A DNA stretch of 64,000 nt, taken from a virus. Lineage: Duplodnaviria > Heunggongvirae > Uroviricota > Caudoviricetes. The notes beneath the pieces were generated by a model that worked only from the letters and a program-made list of their open reading frames with translations, was not told where the DNA came from and did no database searches. The stretch lies in the IMG/VR virus record IMGVR_UViG_3300001687_001192. One strand, 5' to 3'. How positions within the stretch are numbered: position 1 is the stretch's first letter; each line of letters opens with the position of its first letter. A program made the position numbers and the translations under genes. Shown here one piece after another: positions 18,878 through 28,649 of this stretch.

Positions 18878-20297
18878 AATGGAAGAAATTTTACGGCTTG
18901 CAAAAAATCTCGGGCTAGATCCTTATCCAATTGTATATGAAACTGTAGAAAGAACTACAATGTTCAACGTATGTGCATACGGTCTTCCGACTAGGGCTAG
19001 ACATTGGAGCTATGGACGATCTTATGATCATCAAAAAACACACGGCGAAATGGGGCTATCAAAAGTCTATGAAATTATTTTGAATAATGACCCCTCATAC
19101 GCATTCCTGTTAGATACCAACAGTGAGGTCCAGAATCTTTTTATTGCTGCGCATTGCATCGGTCACTCGGATTTTTTTAAAAATAACTGTATGTTTGCAG
19201 GTTCTAATCGAAATATGATACGACATGCCGCACAACATGCTGGAAGAATTGAAGAATATATAGAACGATTTGGTTTCGAAAAGGTTGAGCACATTATGGA
19301 TATAGGTTTTGCACTTGATAACAATATCGACTGGAACAAGGGGTTGCACAGAAAGCCATATGGACAAAAGCATGTCGTGACCAAATACCGCAAGCGCGGA
19401 GAGTTTGATGATTTATTATATAGAGAGCAAAAGCCGACTGTAATTAGGAAGACGGTAAATGACAAGTTCCCGCCGCGTCCCGAACAAGATTTGCTATGGT
19501 TTTTAGTTAACTACGCTCCGCTTGATGATTGGGAGCGCGACGTTCTAGATATTATCAGAGAAGAATCGTTTTATTTTTATCCACAAAAAATGACTAAAAT
19601 TATGAACGAAGGTTGGGCTAGTTATTGGCACGCGGAGTTAATGTTCAGATACGAAGGTCTTACTCCCGAAGAGCATATGGATTTTGTGCGCGACCATGAA
19701 AAAGTTGTTCAGCCTGGCATGAACCCGTTTAGAATAAATCCGTATTTTCTTGGATACAGAATTTTTAAGGATATAGAAAAGAGATGGGATGCAAAACATG
19801 GGAAAGGAGCTGGCCGCGAAAAAATGTTTCAGGTTAGGTGTGAGGATGATGACATTTCGTTTCTGAGAAACTATCTTACTACAGAACTGGTCGAAGAATT
19901 AGAGCTATTCACGTATGGATATATGAAAGATTATCCCAAGGACCACGGCGGTTCAAAATATATCATAATTAAGGAAAGGCTCAGGGATGAAATCGTTGAA
20001 AGCATGATTAAACCGCTGTATAATGGCGGAGCCCCCAAAATTTCAATAACAGGGGTTGGTCAAGAGGGCGAGCTAATTTTAAAACACGAGAGTGAAGAAA
20101 TATGTACATTGGATTTTCGCTTTGCTGAAAAAACTATTGAGTATTTGTGGGATTTGTGGGCCGCTCCCATCGAACTGCATGTAAAAGACGATCCTGGTGA
20201 TGACGTCGTGTTGTGTTTTGATGAAGCGGGTTTCTACCAAAAAGAGCGGATAGATGAGCTTAATTTTGGTGAAGAAGACATAGAGTTGGAGATATAA
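18867..20297 (+). CDS. spoVR: SpoVR/YcgB family protein
   Basis: GLPTRARHWSYG, AHCIGHSDFFKNN, TKIMNEGWASYWH, NPYFLG, DDISFLRNYLT. Confidence 0.92.
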   Translation: MKDRMEEILRLAKNLGLDPYPIVYETVERTTMFNVCAYGLPTRARHWSYGRSYDHQKTHGEMGLSKVYEIILNNDPSYAFLLDTNSEVQNLFIAAHCIGHSDFFKNNCMFAGSNRNMIRHAAQHAGRIEEYIERFGFEKVEHIMDIGFALDNNIDWNKGLHRKPYGQKHVVTKYRKRGEFDDLLYREQKPTVIRKTVNDKFPPRPEQDLLWFLVNYAPLDDWERDVLDIIREESFYFYPQKMTKIMNEGWASYWHAELMFRYEGLTPEEHMDFVRDHEKVVQPGMNPFRINPYFLGYRIFKDIEKRWDAKHGKGAGREKMFQVRCEDDDISFLRNYLTTELVEELELFTYGYMKDYPKDHGGSKYIIIKERLRDEIVESMIKPLYNGGAPKISITGVGQEGELILKHESEEICTLDFRFAEKTIEYLWDLWAAPIELHVKDDPGDDVVLCFDEAGFYQKERIDELNFGEEDIELEI

Positions 20298-20309
20298 GGG
20301 GATATAATT

Positions 20310-20873
20310 ATGGTAAAAATAGCAATTACCGGACACAGGCCTGACGCGTTCTTGGTGTCACACTATGCACCAGAAACAGTAATGCGAATCGCAGATGATC
20401 TGGTTGTGCAATTACAAAGAGAATACAAACATGAGCTATGTCTTAATCTCGGCGGCGCAATTGGTGTTGATCAATGGGTGGGGACAGCTTGTATGGCGCA
20501 CGAAGTTAAATTTCATTTATACCTCCCGTTTCACCCAAGCGTTCAGGCAAAATATTGGTCCGATGAACAGAAAGCAGAGTTGGACAAACAAATGCAATAT
20601 GCCGCCGGTATAAATATCGTAGAACCAAACCCGGAAGCTCCATATAATGTAGCATTATATCAAGAGAGAAATAGGAAAATGGTCGACGATGCCAATTTTA
20701 CGATTGCTTTTTGGGTGGGCAAAAAGAGAGGCGGCACAGTAAATGCTATTAAATATTCTTTAAAACAATCGAAATTTGTGTTAAATGCTATGGATGGCCT
20801 ACGTCCACTTTTCAAAGAGGATATTAAAAATGGTTGGACGCCCCCTACAACAAAGGGTTTTAAAGATGAGTAA
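20310..20873 (+). CDS. SLOG family (YspA/DUF1273-like) protein
   Basis: IAITGHRP, GGAIGVDQW, RNRKMVD, GGT.N. Confidence 0.8.
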   Translation: MVKIAITGHRPDAFLVSHYAPETVMRIADDLVVQLQREYKHELCLNLGGAIGVDQWVGTACMAHEVKFHLYLPFHPSVQAKYWSDEQKAELDKQMQYAAGINIVEPNPEAPYNVALYQERNRKMVDDANFTIAFWVGKKRGGTVNAIKYSLKQSKFVLNAMDGLRPLFKEDIKNGWTPPTTKGFKDE

Positions 20874-21501
20874 AAAAGACAATTCAAAATGGAACAAGTA
20901 TTACGTCAACAATCACGAAGCTCTGGCGTTGGTAAAAATTTGGAAAACAAGCTCCGCTAAGAATAGAGCAGCTGTAGAGAGACATATAGTTCGAAGATTG
21001 TCATATTTAGTGTGTGCTAGAATTCGTCATTATAGAAGTCAGTCTTATTACGAAGATTTGTTGCAGGAAGGGAAAGCGGGGTTGATAGAATCGATAAGAA
21101 GATTTGATTCAAGTCGTGGCATTAATTTTTTTAAATTTGGTAATTGGTATATCAAAAATAAAGTAAATAGGTATCTTAAATCATGCAGAAAATATAATAG
21201 GTTCGAGGTACTTAGCGGTGAGATAAGTTGTATTCCAGAAGGTCGTCGTATCAACCCAGACGCATGGTACGAAATGGAAGAGGGTAAGAGGATTTTAAGG
21301 TCTGCGCTCAATTCTTTGCCGGATATTGACAGGCAAATAGTATCAATGCGGTTTGGCATGGACGGCAATGGTAGCCGTACTTATCAGCAGATAGGGGATG
21401 TGTTTTCTGTATCGCGTCAATATGCAGAACAGGTCACTTCGCGGGCCATTGCATCTCTTAGAAAAAACAATCAGGTTAAAAATTTCTTTTGTGAATTATA
21501 A
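20866..21501 (+). CDS. Sigma-70 family RNA polymerase sigma factor
   Basis: Region 2 EDLLQEG..GL..SI.RFD..RGINF..F..WYI; region 4 L....R.I...RFG......T.QQIG..F.VSRQ...Q...RA...LR. Confidence 0.9.
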   Translation: MSKKDNSKWNKYYVNNHEALALVKIWKTSSAKNRAAVERHIVRRLSYLVCARIRHYRSQSYYEDLLQEGKAGLIESIRRFDSSRGINFFKFGNWYIKNKVNRYLKSCRKYNRFEVLSGEISCIPEGRRINPDAWYEMEEGKRILRSALNSLPDIDRQIVSMRFGMDGNGSRTYQQIGDVFSVSRQYAEQVTSRAIASLRKNNQVKNFFCEL

Positions 21502-21514
21502 ATACGGTGGTGAA

Positions 21515-23890
21515 ATGGAGCTTATTTATCTGACCGACGATATAGATGCGGTAGTGGAACGAATTCTTTCGGACAATGAACTTGATAATTGTGGACTTGG
21601 TAAAAGAAAAGTAACAAGATGTTTAAAATCTTTCAGTGGTGATGAAATTGCATGTTCCGTCTTTTTTAAAAAATATGCTTTAAGAGACGAAAATAATATT
21701 ATACTGGAGTCTACACTTGAGGAGGCTAAGGAAAGGTGGGCAAAAACTGTGTCCGAGGCGGAGAACTTATTTAAAAGAAAAAAGGGGCGCTTTCTGAAAC
21801 CAAGTCCATATGAGTATTTTAGAGAGTTGTACGAATATTTTTTGCCAGCTGGAAGGCAGATGTTTGCGTTGGGCAACACTTATGTGACCAAAGCCACTTA
21901 TACAAACTGTTATGTTACAAAAATCGAGGAAGACAGCATAGAAGGCATATTTAATGCTGCTAAAAAAATTGCTCGCACATATTCGTACGGCGGAGGTATT
22001 GGTTTGTGTATAGGAGAGCTAAGACCTGCTCAATCTAAAGTTTCCAATAGTGCTAAATTTTCCACTGGAGCTGTCAGTTTTATGGAATTATACTCCAGAA
22101 CTACGGGGCTGATAGGACAACTTTCTCGTCGAGGGGCTTTGATGATTACTTTGCCAGTGAGTCATCCAGATATAGAAGAATTTATAGAAATTAAACATAA
22201 TAATATTGACAAAGTAAAACATGCAAACCTTAGTGTTAAGATGACCGATGACTTTATGCACGCCGTGATGGATAATAAAGATTTTACATTAAAATTTGTT
22301 ACTCAACACGAAACGCTGGAAAAAACTATTAAAGCTCGTGAACTTTGGAACAAAATTGTAAAATCAGCTCGCGACTCCGCAGAACCTGGCATTCTGTTTT
22401 GGGACAGGGCCGTAGAAACATCTCCGTCAGAAGTTTACCCAAGTCTGCGAATTCACTCAACAAATCCATGTGGAGAAGAAATTTTGGAGCCCGGCGGCGC
22501 TTGTATGTTGTCTTCTTTATTATTACACAAATTTGTTAAAAAGCCATTTACAAATGAAGCTCAATTTGATTACGAATTATTTAGCGAAATGGTTAAAAGA
22601 GGAGTTCGTCATTTAGATAATATTGTTGAGCTAAATATGGATAGACATGGCTTAGAAGAACAAAAAAAGGCTTCTCAACTTGGTCGCAGAATAGGTTTGG
22701 GTGTTACTGGTTTGGGCGACATGTATATAGCCCTGGGGGTCAAGTATGATTCCGCAGAGGCATTAAAGTTGGCCGAGCAAATTATGGATACAAAAAGACG
22801 TGCAGAATATGGTGCTTCTATAGACTTATCAATAGAACGAGGGCCATTTCCACTCTTTGACCCGAATAAACATTTTACTAGGGGGTTTGCTGCCACTTTG
22901 CCAGAAGAGCTTATAAAGATGGCTAAACTTCATGGTTTAAGGAACGTAGCTATATCCACAGTGGCTCCAAACGGATCGTTGTCAATTATAGCCCAATGTT
23001 CAAGTGGAATAGAACCAATATTTGCATTGAAATATCGTAGATTTGTTGAGATGGGCCAAAAAGAAAAGAAAAGGTTTATAATTCTACATCAAGGATTGGC
23101 CAGGTTTCTTGAAGTACATCCAAGTAATAGTAACGGTGACAGTTGGTCAACTGATTTATCAGATTTACCAAATTATTGGGTTGTTGCACATGAGATAGAT
23201 TACAAAAATAGAGTTAAGTTGCAGGGAATTATACAAAAATATACAGATGCAGGTATAAGTAGTACAATTAACTTACCTAGAGACATTGATGCTGAGACTG
23301 TGGGACAAATATATATAGATGCTTGGAAAGAAGGCTTAAAAGGTATCACGGTATATAGAGAGGGTTCTCGTGAGGGCATTCTTTTAACGGATGAGTTTGC
23401 TAAGCTGGCTGGGTCACCTACCATGGATACAGCTATATATTGCGTACGTGCTGAGGGCGGCGACAAATTTTATATAATGATCTCTTACAAAAACAAAGAT
23501 ATTAAAAATCCGTATCAGGTTTTTGTGTTAAATTATAAAAGGTCCGAGCACGATTCTTTTATAAAAATAAGCAACAGTCTGATAAAAATGCTTTTGGAAA
23601 GTGGCGTCCCGCAAAAAAGGGTGGATAAGTATATAACAAGGAGCACAAATTCGTTGGCCAAACTCACTAGATTTATATCACTTTCAATGAAAACGGAGAA
23701 TTTAGAAAAAGCTGTAGATATTCTCGAAGACCATGCATTTGTCGGCACTTTGGCTTACCAACTGCATGACATATTAAGTAAAAGTGTGGCAGTAAAGTCA
23801 GTTGTATGCAGAAATTGCGGCGGCTCTAACATGAGGATGGAGGAAGGATGTATGCGGTGTCTTGATTGTGATTGGGCCGGGTGCACATGA
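21515..23890 (+). CDS. nrdJ: Class II (adenosylcobalamin-dependent) ribonucleotide reductase
   Basis: PAGRQM, TNCY, GGGIG, TNPCGE, RRIGLG..GL.D, TVAPNG, SSGIEP, C-terminal Zn ribbon; no intein. Confidence 0.88.
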   Translation: MELIYLTDDIDAVVERILSDNELDNCGLGKRKVTRCLKSFSGDEIACSVFFKKYALRDENNIILESTLEEAKERWAKTVSEAENLFKRKKGRFLKPSPYEYFRELYEYFLPAGRQMFALGNTYVTKATYTNCYVTKIEEDSIEGIFNAAKKIARTYSYGGGIGLCIGELRPAQSKVSNSAKFSTGAVSFMELYSRTTGLIGQLSRRGALMITLPVSHPDIEEFIEIKHNNIDKVKHANLSVKMTDDFMHAVMDNKDFTLKFVTQHETLEKTIKARELWNKIVKSARDSAEPGILFWDRAVETSPSEVYPSLRIHSTNPCGEEILEPGGACMLSSLLLHKFVKKPFTNEAQFDYELFSEMVKRGVRHLDNIVELNMDRHGLEEQKKASQLGRRIGLGVTGLGDMYIALGVKYDSAEALKLAEQIMDTKRRAEYGASIDLSIERGPFPLFDPNKHFTRGFAATLPEELIKMAKLHGLRNVAISTVAPNGSLSIIAQCSSGIEPIFALKYRRFVEMGQKEKKRFIILHQGLARFLEVHPSNSNGDSWSTDLSDLPNYWVVAHEIDYKNRVKLQGIIQKYTDAGISSTINLPRDIDAETVGQIYIDAWKEGLKGITVYREGSREGILLTDEFAKLAGSPTMDTAIYCVRAEGGDKFYIMISYKNKDIKNPYQVFVLNYKRSEHDSFIKISNSLIKMLLESGVPQKRVDKYITRSTNSLAKLTRFISLSMKTENLEKAVDILEDHAFVGTLAYQLHDILSKSVAVKSVVCRNCGGSNMRMEEGCMRCLDCDWAGCT

Positions 23891-24237
23891 GCGAAACTAT
23901 CATTTTAGCTGATCGAGGAGATCAGAATAGAGTTATCGCAGAAGAAAAGCGAGAATGGCTGGTCAATGTTTTGTTGGCGCTCGGAGTCAGGGAAGAGGCA
24001 TTAGAGCTTGGGTCACACGAGCTTGTAAAATATCTTTCTATGGCAGGTATAGAGGTGTGGAGTAATTGTGACGGGTCATTGGACATATATAGGTTCGATG
24101 GAGAAGACAACAAGAAAATTGTCGCCCAATGGAAAGTGCCAGATTTGATATTGATTAAAGATACACCACGAAAATGGTACTATGAAATACATCTAAACGA
24201 ATGGGCCCTGCCGTTTCAGATGAAAAATAGGAGATAG
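23887..24237 (+). CDS. Hypothetical protein
   Basis: ATGA overlap with nrdJ. Confidence 0.7.
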   Translation: MSETIILADRGDQNRVIAEEKREWLVNVLLALGVREEALELGSHELVKYLSMAGIEVWSNCDGSLDIYRFDGEDNKKIVAQWKVPDLILIKDTPRKWYYEIHLNEWALPFQMKNRR

Positions 24238-24238
24238 C

Positions 24239-24700
24239 ATGTCAGAGTTTTATATGAAAAACGCAGATGGTAAATATATACCAATAAGTTTTAAGCAAAT
24301 TATTACCAAAGATTGGGAAAATAAACTGATCGTTGTGCGAATAGGTAGCGATGAGTGCCCGGCCGAGGAATCAGAAATTGAGGAGACGTTAGATAGTTTA
24401 AACGACGCTGACGCTCTAGAAAGTCTAGAGAATACTAGTTTTCTAATTACAATGCATAGCTTAAGTTTTGAAGTGCTAGACAGTGTAAAGGATGTGGCTT
24501 CTAAATGTGTAGCAGTTAAAGTTACCGGAGACGATGACCTTTCTCGCTTAGGAAAGTTGCAAAAAAAAGCTAGAGAACAGTTGAGAGGGAAGGCAAAGAA
24601 GGTTGTTGTATTACCTACTCCGCTAACAGTTGATGAATATAATAAAATTATGGATATAAAAAAGAGGTGCGACACAAGAAGGAGCAGAAGGGGTAGTTAG
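24239..24700 (+). CDS. Hypothetical protein
   Basis: 153-aa ORF with GGAG RBS. Confidence 0.7.
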   Translation: MSEFYMKNADGKYIPISFKQIITKDWENKLIVVRIGSDECPAEESEIEETLDSLNDADALESLENTSFLITMHSLSFEVLDSVKDVASKCVAVKVTGDDDLSRLGKLQKKAREQLRGKAKKVVVLPTPLTVDEYNKIMDIKKRCDTRRSRRGS

Positions 24701-24762
24701 ACTACTAATATTTTTGTATAATACCAGCCGCAAGAAACCTACCTACAGGAGGCTAGTACATT

Positions 24763-26049
24763 TTGAAAAAATTTATTTTGGATGCGAATGTTTTGTTACA
24801 CGATCCAAAAGCCCTCCAGGTGTTCGACGACAATGAGGTCGTCATTCCCGTCTCAGTACTAGATGAACTCGACAATGCTAAAACAAGACCAGATGAGCGC
24901 GGAAGAAACGCCAGGGCAGTAGTGCGCCTTTTGGATAAGTTGAGGGCAAGTGGATCTTTAAGCGAAGGGGTCAAGTTACATGAATCAATAATTAAAGTGG
25001 AATTGAATCACAGGGGTAATGTACCTCGAGGATTGTCGTCTGATAAGACAGATAATCGCATTATTAGCACTGCATTAGGGCTTAAAGCGGAGTGCGATTG
25101 CCCTGTGATAGTCGTATCTAAAGACATTAATCTGAGAGTAAAATGTGATGCCCTCAGCATAGAGGCGCAAGACTATGTTAAAGATAAAATTACTACAGAT
25201 TTAGAGTCCATTTATAGTGGAGTTAAGACAGTCAGAGTTACTCCGCGTACCATAGACCAATTGTACGATGAGGGGTATCTTGAAGGAGATCCTGGGTACG
25301 GCAAATGTTATCCCAATCAATTTGTCATACTAAAATCCCATAATAATCAATCTGGTATAGCAAGATGTGTAGGATCTAATAGGTTTGAGAAGTTTAACCC
25401 ACCACAAGAGATTTGGGACATTAGGCCAAGAAACGTGGAGCAAAAGTGCGCCATGGAACTTTTGATGGATCCCAATATCAAGCTGGTAACTCTCATAGGA
25501 CGCGCTGGAGCTGGGAAAACATTGCTTGCCGCCGCTGCTGCTCTTCACCATATCCTTAATAATTCTGGCACGTTCCAAAGAGCGCTAATTTCTAGGCCAA
25601 TACAACCTATGGGTAGAGATATAGGTTTCCTTCCTGGCGACCTGGAAGACAAACTTAAACCGTGGATGCAACCTATTTACGATAATTTGGAGTTTCTATT
25701 AGGCTCTGATTATCAGATGCTTAATGAATATAAGTATAATGGACTTATTCAGGTTGAACCACTTACCTACATAAGAGGCAGAAGCATACCTAAGTCCTTC
25801 ATATTATTGGATGAAGCTCAAAATTTAACCGCCAAGGAAATCAAGACCGTTATTACGCGCATTGGCCAAGATAGTAAGATTGTCATAACTGGGGATATCG
25901 AGCAGATTGACAATCCTTACGTAGACTTTGCCGACAACGGACTGACGCATGTTGTTGAAAGGTTTAAGGATAAGGCTGTTGCTGGCCACGTAACCTTGCG
26001 AAAAGGTGAGAGATCTGAGCTTGCCACCCTTGCCTCTGAAATCCTCTAA
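24763..26049 (+). CDS. phoH: PhoH family protein with N-terminal PIN domain (PhoH2/YlaK type)
   Basis: FILDANVLLHDP, DNRII, SKDINLR, GRAGAGKT, IRGRS, DEAQN, TGDIEQID. Confidence 0.92.
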   Translation: MKKFILDANVLLHDPKALQVFDDNEVVIPVSVLDELDNAKTRPDERGRNARAVVRLLDKLRASGSLSEGVKLHESIIKVELNHRGNVPRGLSSDKTDNRIISTALGLKAECDCPVIVVSKDINLRVKCDALSIEAQDYVKDKITTDLESIYSGVKTVRVTPRTIDQLYDEGYLEGDPGYGKCYPNQFVILKSHNNQSGIARCVGSNRFEKFNPPQEIWDIRPRNVEQKCAMELLMDPNIKLVTLIGRAGAGKTLLAAAAALHHILNNSGTFQRALISRPIQPMGRDIGFLPGDLEDKLKPWMQPIYDNLEFLLGSDYQMLNEYKYNGLIQVEPLTYIRGRSIPKSFILLDEAQNLTAKEIKTVITRIGQDSKIVITGDIEQIDNPYVDFADNGLTHVVERFKDKAVAGHVTLRKGERSELATLASEIL

Positions 26050-26145
26050 GATATCATAAATATATTAATAATGTCACATTTATACGGATATCTATGGTAT
26101 CCTTATTAGGATACGTGTAAATAAAATAGATGGGGTTATAACGAT

Positions 26146-27399
26146 ATGGCTGGTAGTAGAAGATTTCTTAATTTTCTGTATCCTGGTGGCACTTTTAATC
26201 ATTATACGATAATTAATAGAATAATTGTGGAATTCGCCACGCAGGTGTTGGGGTGGACCCTCTATGATTCAAGTGGGTCTGGTTGGACTAGTGTTGTAGC
26301 TAGCGGGTCTTCTGCTGATACCACCTCATATCCTGATACGCTTGATATGACCGGTTCTGGCAGGTCATGGTCTGCAGGTGATGAAGACATGCTTATTACA
26401 TTAACCGGCGTATCTGGCGCAGATGCTGCAGAAGAACAGTGCAATGGTATTTATAGAATTAAGGAAGTGGTTGATTCAAACACAATTAAGGTTAATATAC
26501 AGCGTGGCGTCCATAGCGATGGCCTAATTGATGGTTACACAAATTTGAGCTGGCGTTTATTCGATCCTGAAAACTCTTCTTACAGTCCATCCGCTGCCGA
26601 TTGGGCAGTCATTAGGTCTTCTTATTCACATGCGCCGTCGGAGCCGAATTTTGATATTAGAATAGAAGTGGGCCCTAATGATAATACTTGGAAAATGTTG
26701 CCGCGATTTGAAATGGGACCATACGGAACTTGGGATAGCGGCAGTCATTCGTGGGGCGACAGCAGAAATACAGGACAACTTTTGCGGGGATCAAGCACCG
26801 CACTCGCAGCTAACGGCGTCGATTCGGTGTTTGCGTTTGGCGATAGTGATCATATATGGATGTGGTGGAACCACGGCACTACCACAACATATTGGCATTG
26901 TCTCGGGTTAGGCCAGATAATTGACCCCTTTAACCCCAACGAAGATACAAACCCAGGATCTATTTACTATGCGCATGATAGCATGACATTACCTGATCAG
27001 ATGGTCGGAATTGAGTCTGGCGGGACCAACTTTACGGACAAAGGTTATATGTTAGCCGAAGATGATGCAACTTCAATCGTTTTTTATACGATGATTCCTT
27101 CTTGTCCTCCAGTAAATCACGCGGAATCTGCGATACCAATTTGGCATGGATACCAAAGACGAATCTCGAGAAGAGGGAATGGGTATTTTAGAGCAGAAAT
27201 ATTAGCCGAGTCCATTACAGCTTCGCATATGGAAATTAGAGGGAGATTGGTTGATATGTGGGTGGGCGGGGCCTATCCGCCATTTGGGCGCCCATTTGGA
27301 AACTCATATATTCATTTGTTTAGCGGATTAAGCCATCCGTGGCATAATAGTGATGTACTTTATTTAGTGCCATATTCTTTTGATTGGCCGACTACGTAG
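26146..27399 (+). CDS. Putative virion structural protein (Gly/Ser/Trp-rich)
   Basis: 417 aa, beta-rich composition, similar architecture to next ORF; function inferred only. Confidence 0.6.
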   Translation: MAGSRRFLNFLYPGGTFNHYTIINRIIVEFATQVLGWTLYDSSGSGWTSVVASGSSADTTSYPDTLDMTGSGRSWSAGDEDMLITLTGVSGADAAEEQCNGIYRIKEVVDSNTIKVNIQRGVHSDGLIDGYTNLSWRLFDPENSSYSPSAADWAVIRSSYSHAPSEPNFDIRIEVGPNDNTWKMLPRFEMGPYGTWDSGSHSWGDSRNTGQLLRGSSTALAANGVDSVFAFGDSDHIWMWWNHGTTTTYWHCLGLGQIIDPFNPNEDTNPGSIYYAHDSMTLPDQMVGIESGGTNFTDKGYMLAEDDATSIVFYTMIPSCPPVNHAESAIPIWHGYQRRISRRGNGYFRAEILAESITASHMEIRGRLVDMWVGGAYPPFGRPFGNSYIHLFSGLSHPWHNSDVLYLVPYSFDWPTT

Positions 27400-27410
27400 G
27401 AGTGTGAGTT

Positions 27411-28643
27411 ATGGCGATACATTGGACTAGAGAACTAATACATACTGCAGGCGAGCCACGTAATGGATTTTCTTTGTGGGTTAAGCAAATTGTTATGATG
27501 ATGTACCATATCGGTGGTTTCACTAATTTTAGCGAGTCGGTCAGTGGGGGCACTTGGGATCCAACAAGCTTTACCAAAAGCGGATCAGACGGCTATTTTA
27601 CCGGCTCTGACAAACGGTTCACGGACAATGTGGCGTCGTCTTTTACGGTAACCGACACCGGGTCTTATATATTAATTAAGGATACTACCTATCCTAGAAA
27701 TTCTGGCTGGTATAAAATGACTTACGTTGATTCTAGCAATATAGATCTTGACTTTCGTAGTGGTGCAACTGAGTATCCAGACGCTTCCGGCGGCTTATCT
27801 TGGTGGACACTAGATAAACTTAGCGGTTTTCCAGCTGGAAATGGCGATTATTGCAGAATACGTGGAGATACTGGTTGGGAAATTGAATTTAAAAACTATT
27901 ATCACGTAGGTCAGTGGCAAAGAACAAATATAGACATTAGAGTGAGTATGGATGGTGATTGGTCTGGTAGCGGCAAAATTGTCGGGAGCTGGAGATATGG
28001 AACAGGCAGTACGTATGAAACCGATATTTCTGCGGAACAAGTGCGCTATATGATTGTTGATACAGATGCAAGTACAATAATATTTTGGCAAGAATTTAGT
28101 GTGGATGGTGGCAATATTGGCTTCGCTCATGTGCCTGTAATACCTTATGAATCGATTCCACCCAGAGACAACACTGAAAAATATGCTATGGCTGGGTCAG
28201 GATATGGCCCAACGGTTATTGGTACCAATCTAATTTCCATTACTTGGGCTCAGAGCGGTAATCGCTATTGGGGAGATGGTGTTCGCCACTGGAACGAACA
28301 AAATGGAGGTAACGATCGTGAATTGTGGCCGATAGATTATTCAAGATGGGCTAGTGCACAAGGACTAATTGGATGGACCGGCAGAGAGATTAATGCCCGA
28401 AGTGGTAGATGGGATGTGTTAAATGGCATACCAATGTGGGCAGATATTAGTAACTCTAATAATGAACATACGCCTTTCGCTTCTATGGGCGAGATTAACA
28501 ATCTAATGTTTACTATACCAGGGTGGTCTGTTGCCGTATCTCCGCGCGCCGCGCTTGATATAGATTCTGCCGATGGTTATGCTTTTCATATTAGTTATGG
28601 CATTGGTGTGATCTGGCCGCTCAACATTACACCGCAGTATTAA
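27411..28643 (+). CDS. Putative virion structural protein, possible paralogue of ORF 26146
   Basis: 410 aa; shared layout (SG.W, K...Y.RN.G.Y.h..V, C-terminal H...G....W). Confidence 0.6.
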   Translation: MAIHWTRELIHTAGEPRNGFSLWVKQIVMMMYHIGGFTNFSESVSGGTWDPTSFTKSGSDGYFTGSDKRFTDNVASSFTVTDTGSYILIKDTTYPRNSGWYKMTYVDSSNIDLDFRSGATEYPDASGGLSWWTLDKLSGFPAGNGDYCRIRGDTGWEIEFKNYYHVGQWQRTNIDIRVSMDGDWSGSGKIVGSWRYGTGSTYETDISAEQVRYMIVDTDASTIIFWQEFSVDGGNIGFAHVPVIPYESIPPRDNTEKYAMAGSGYGPTVIGTNLISITWAQSGNRYWGDGVRHWNEQNGGNDRELWPIDYSRWASAQGLIGWTGREINARSGRWDVLNGIPMWADISNSNNEHTPFASMGEINNLMFTIPGWSVAVSPRAALDIDSADGYAFHISYGIGVIWPLNITPQY

Positions 28644-28649
28644 ATTATT

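Noticed and set aside
13682-23890. Inteins or introns in DnaB, RNR or PrkA
   Set aside because: Lengths and motif spacing are normal; no Hint or homing endonuclease insertions
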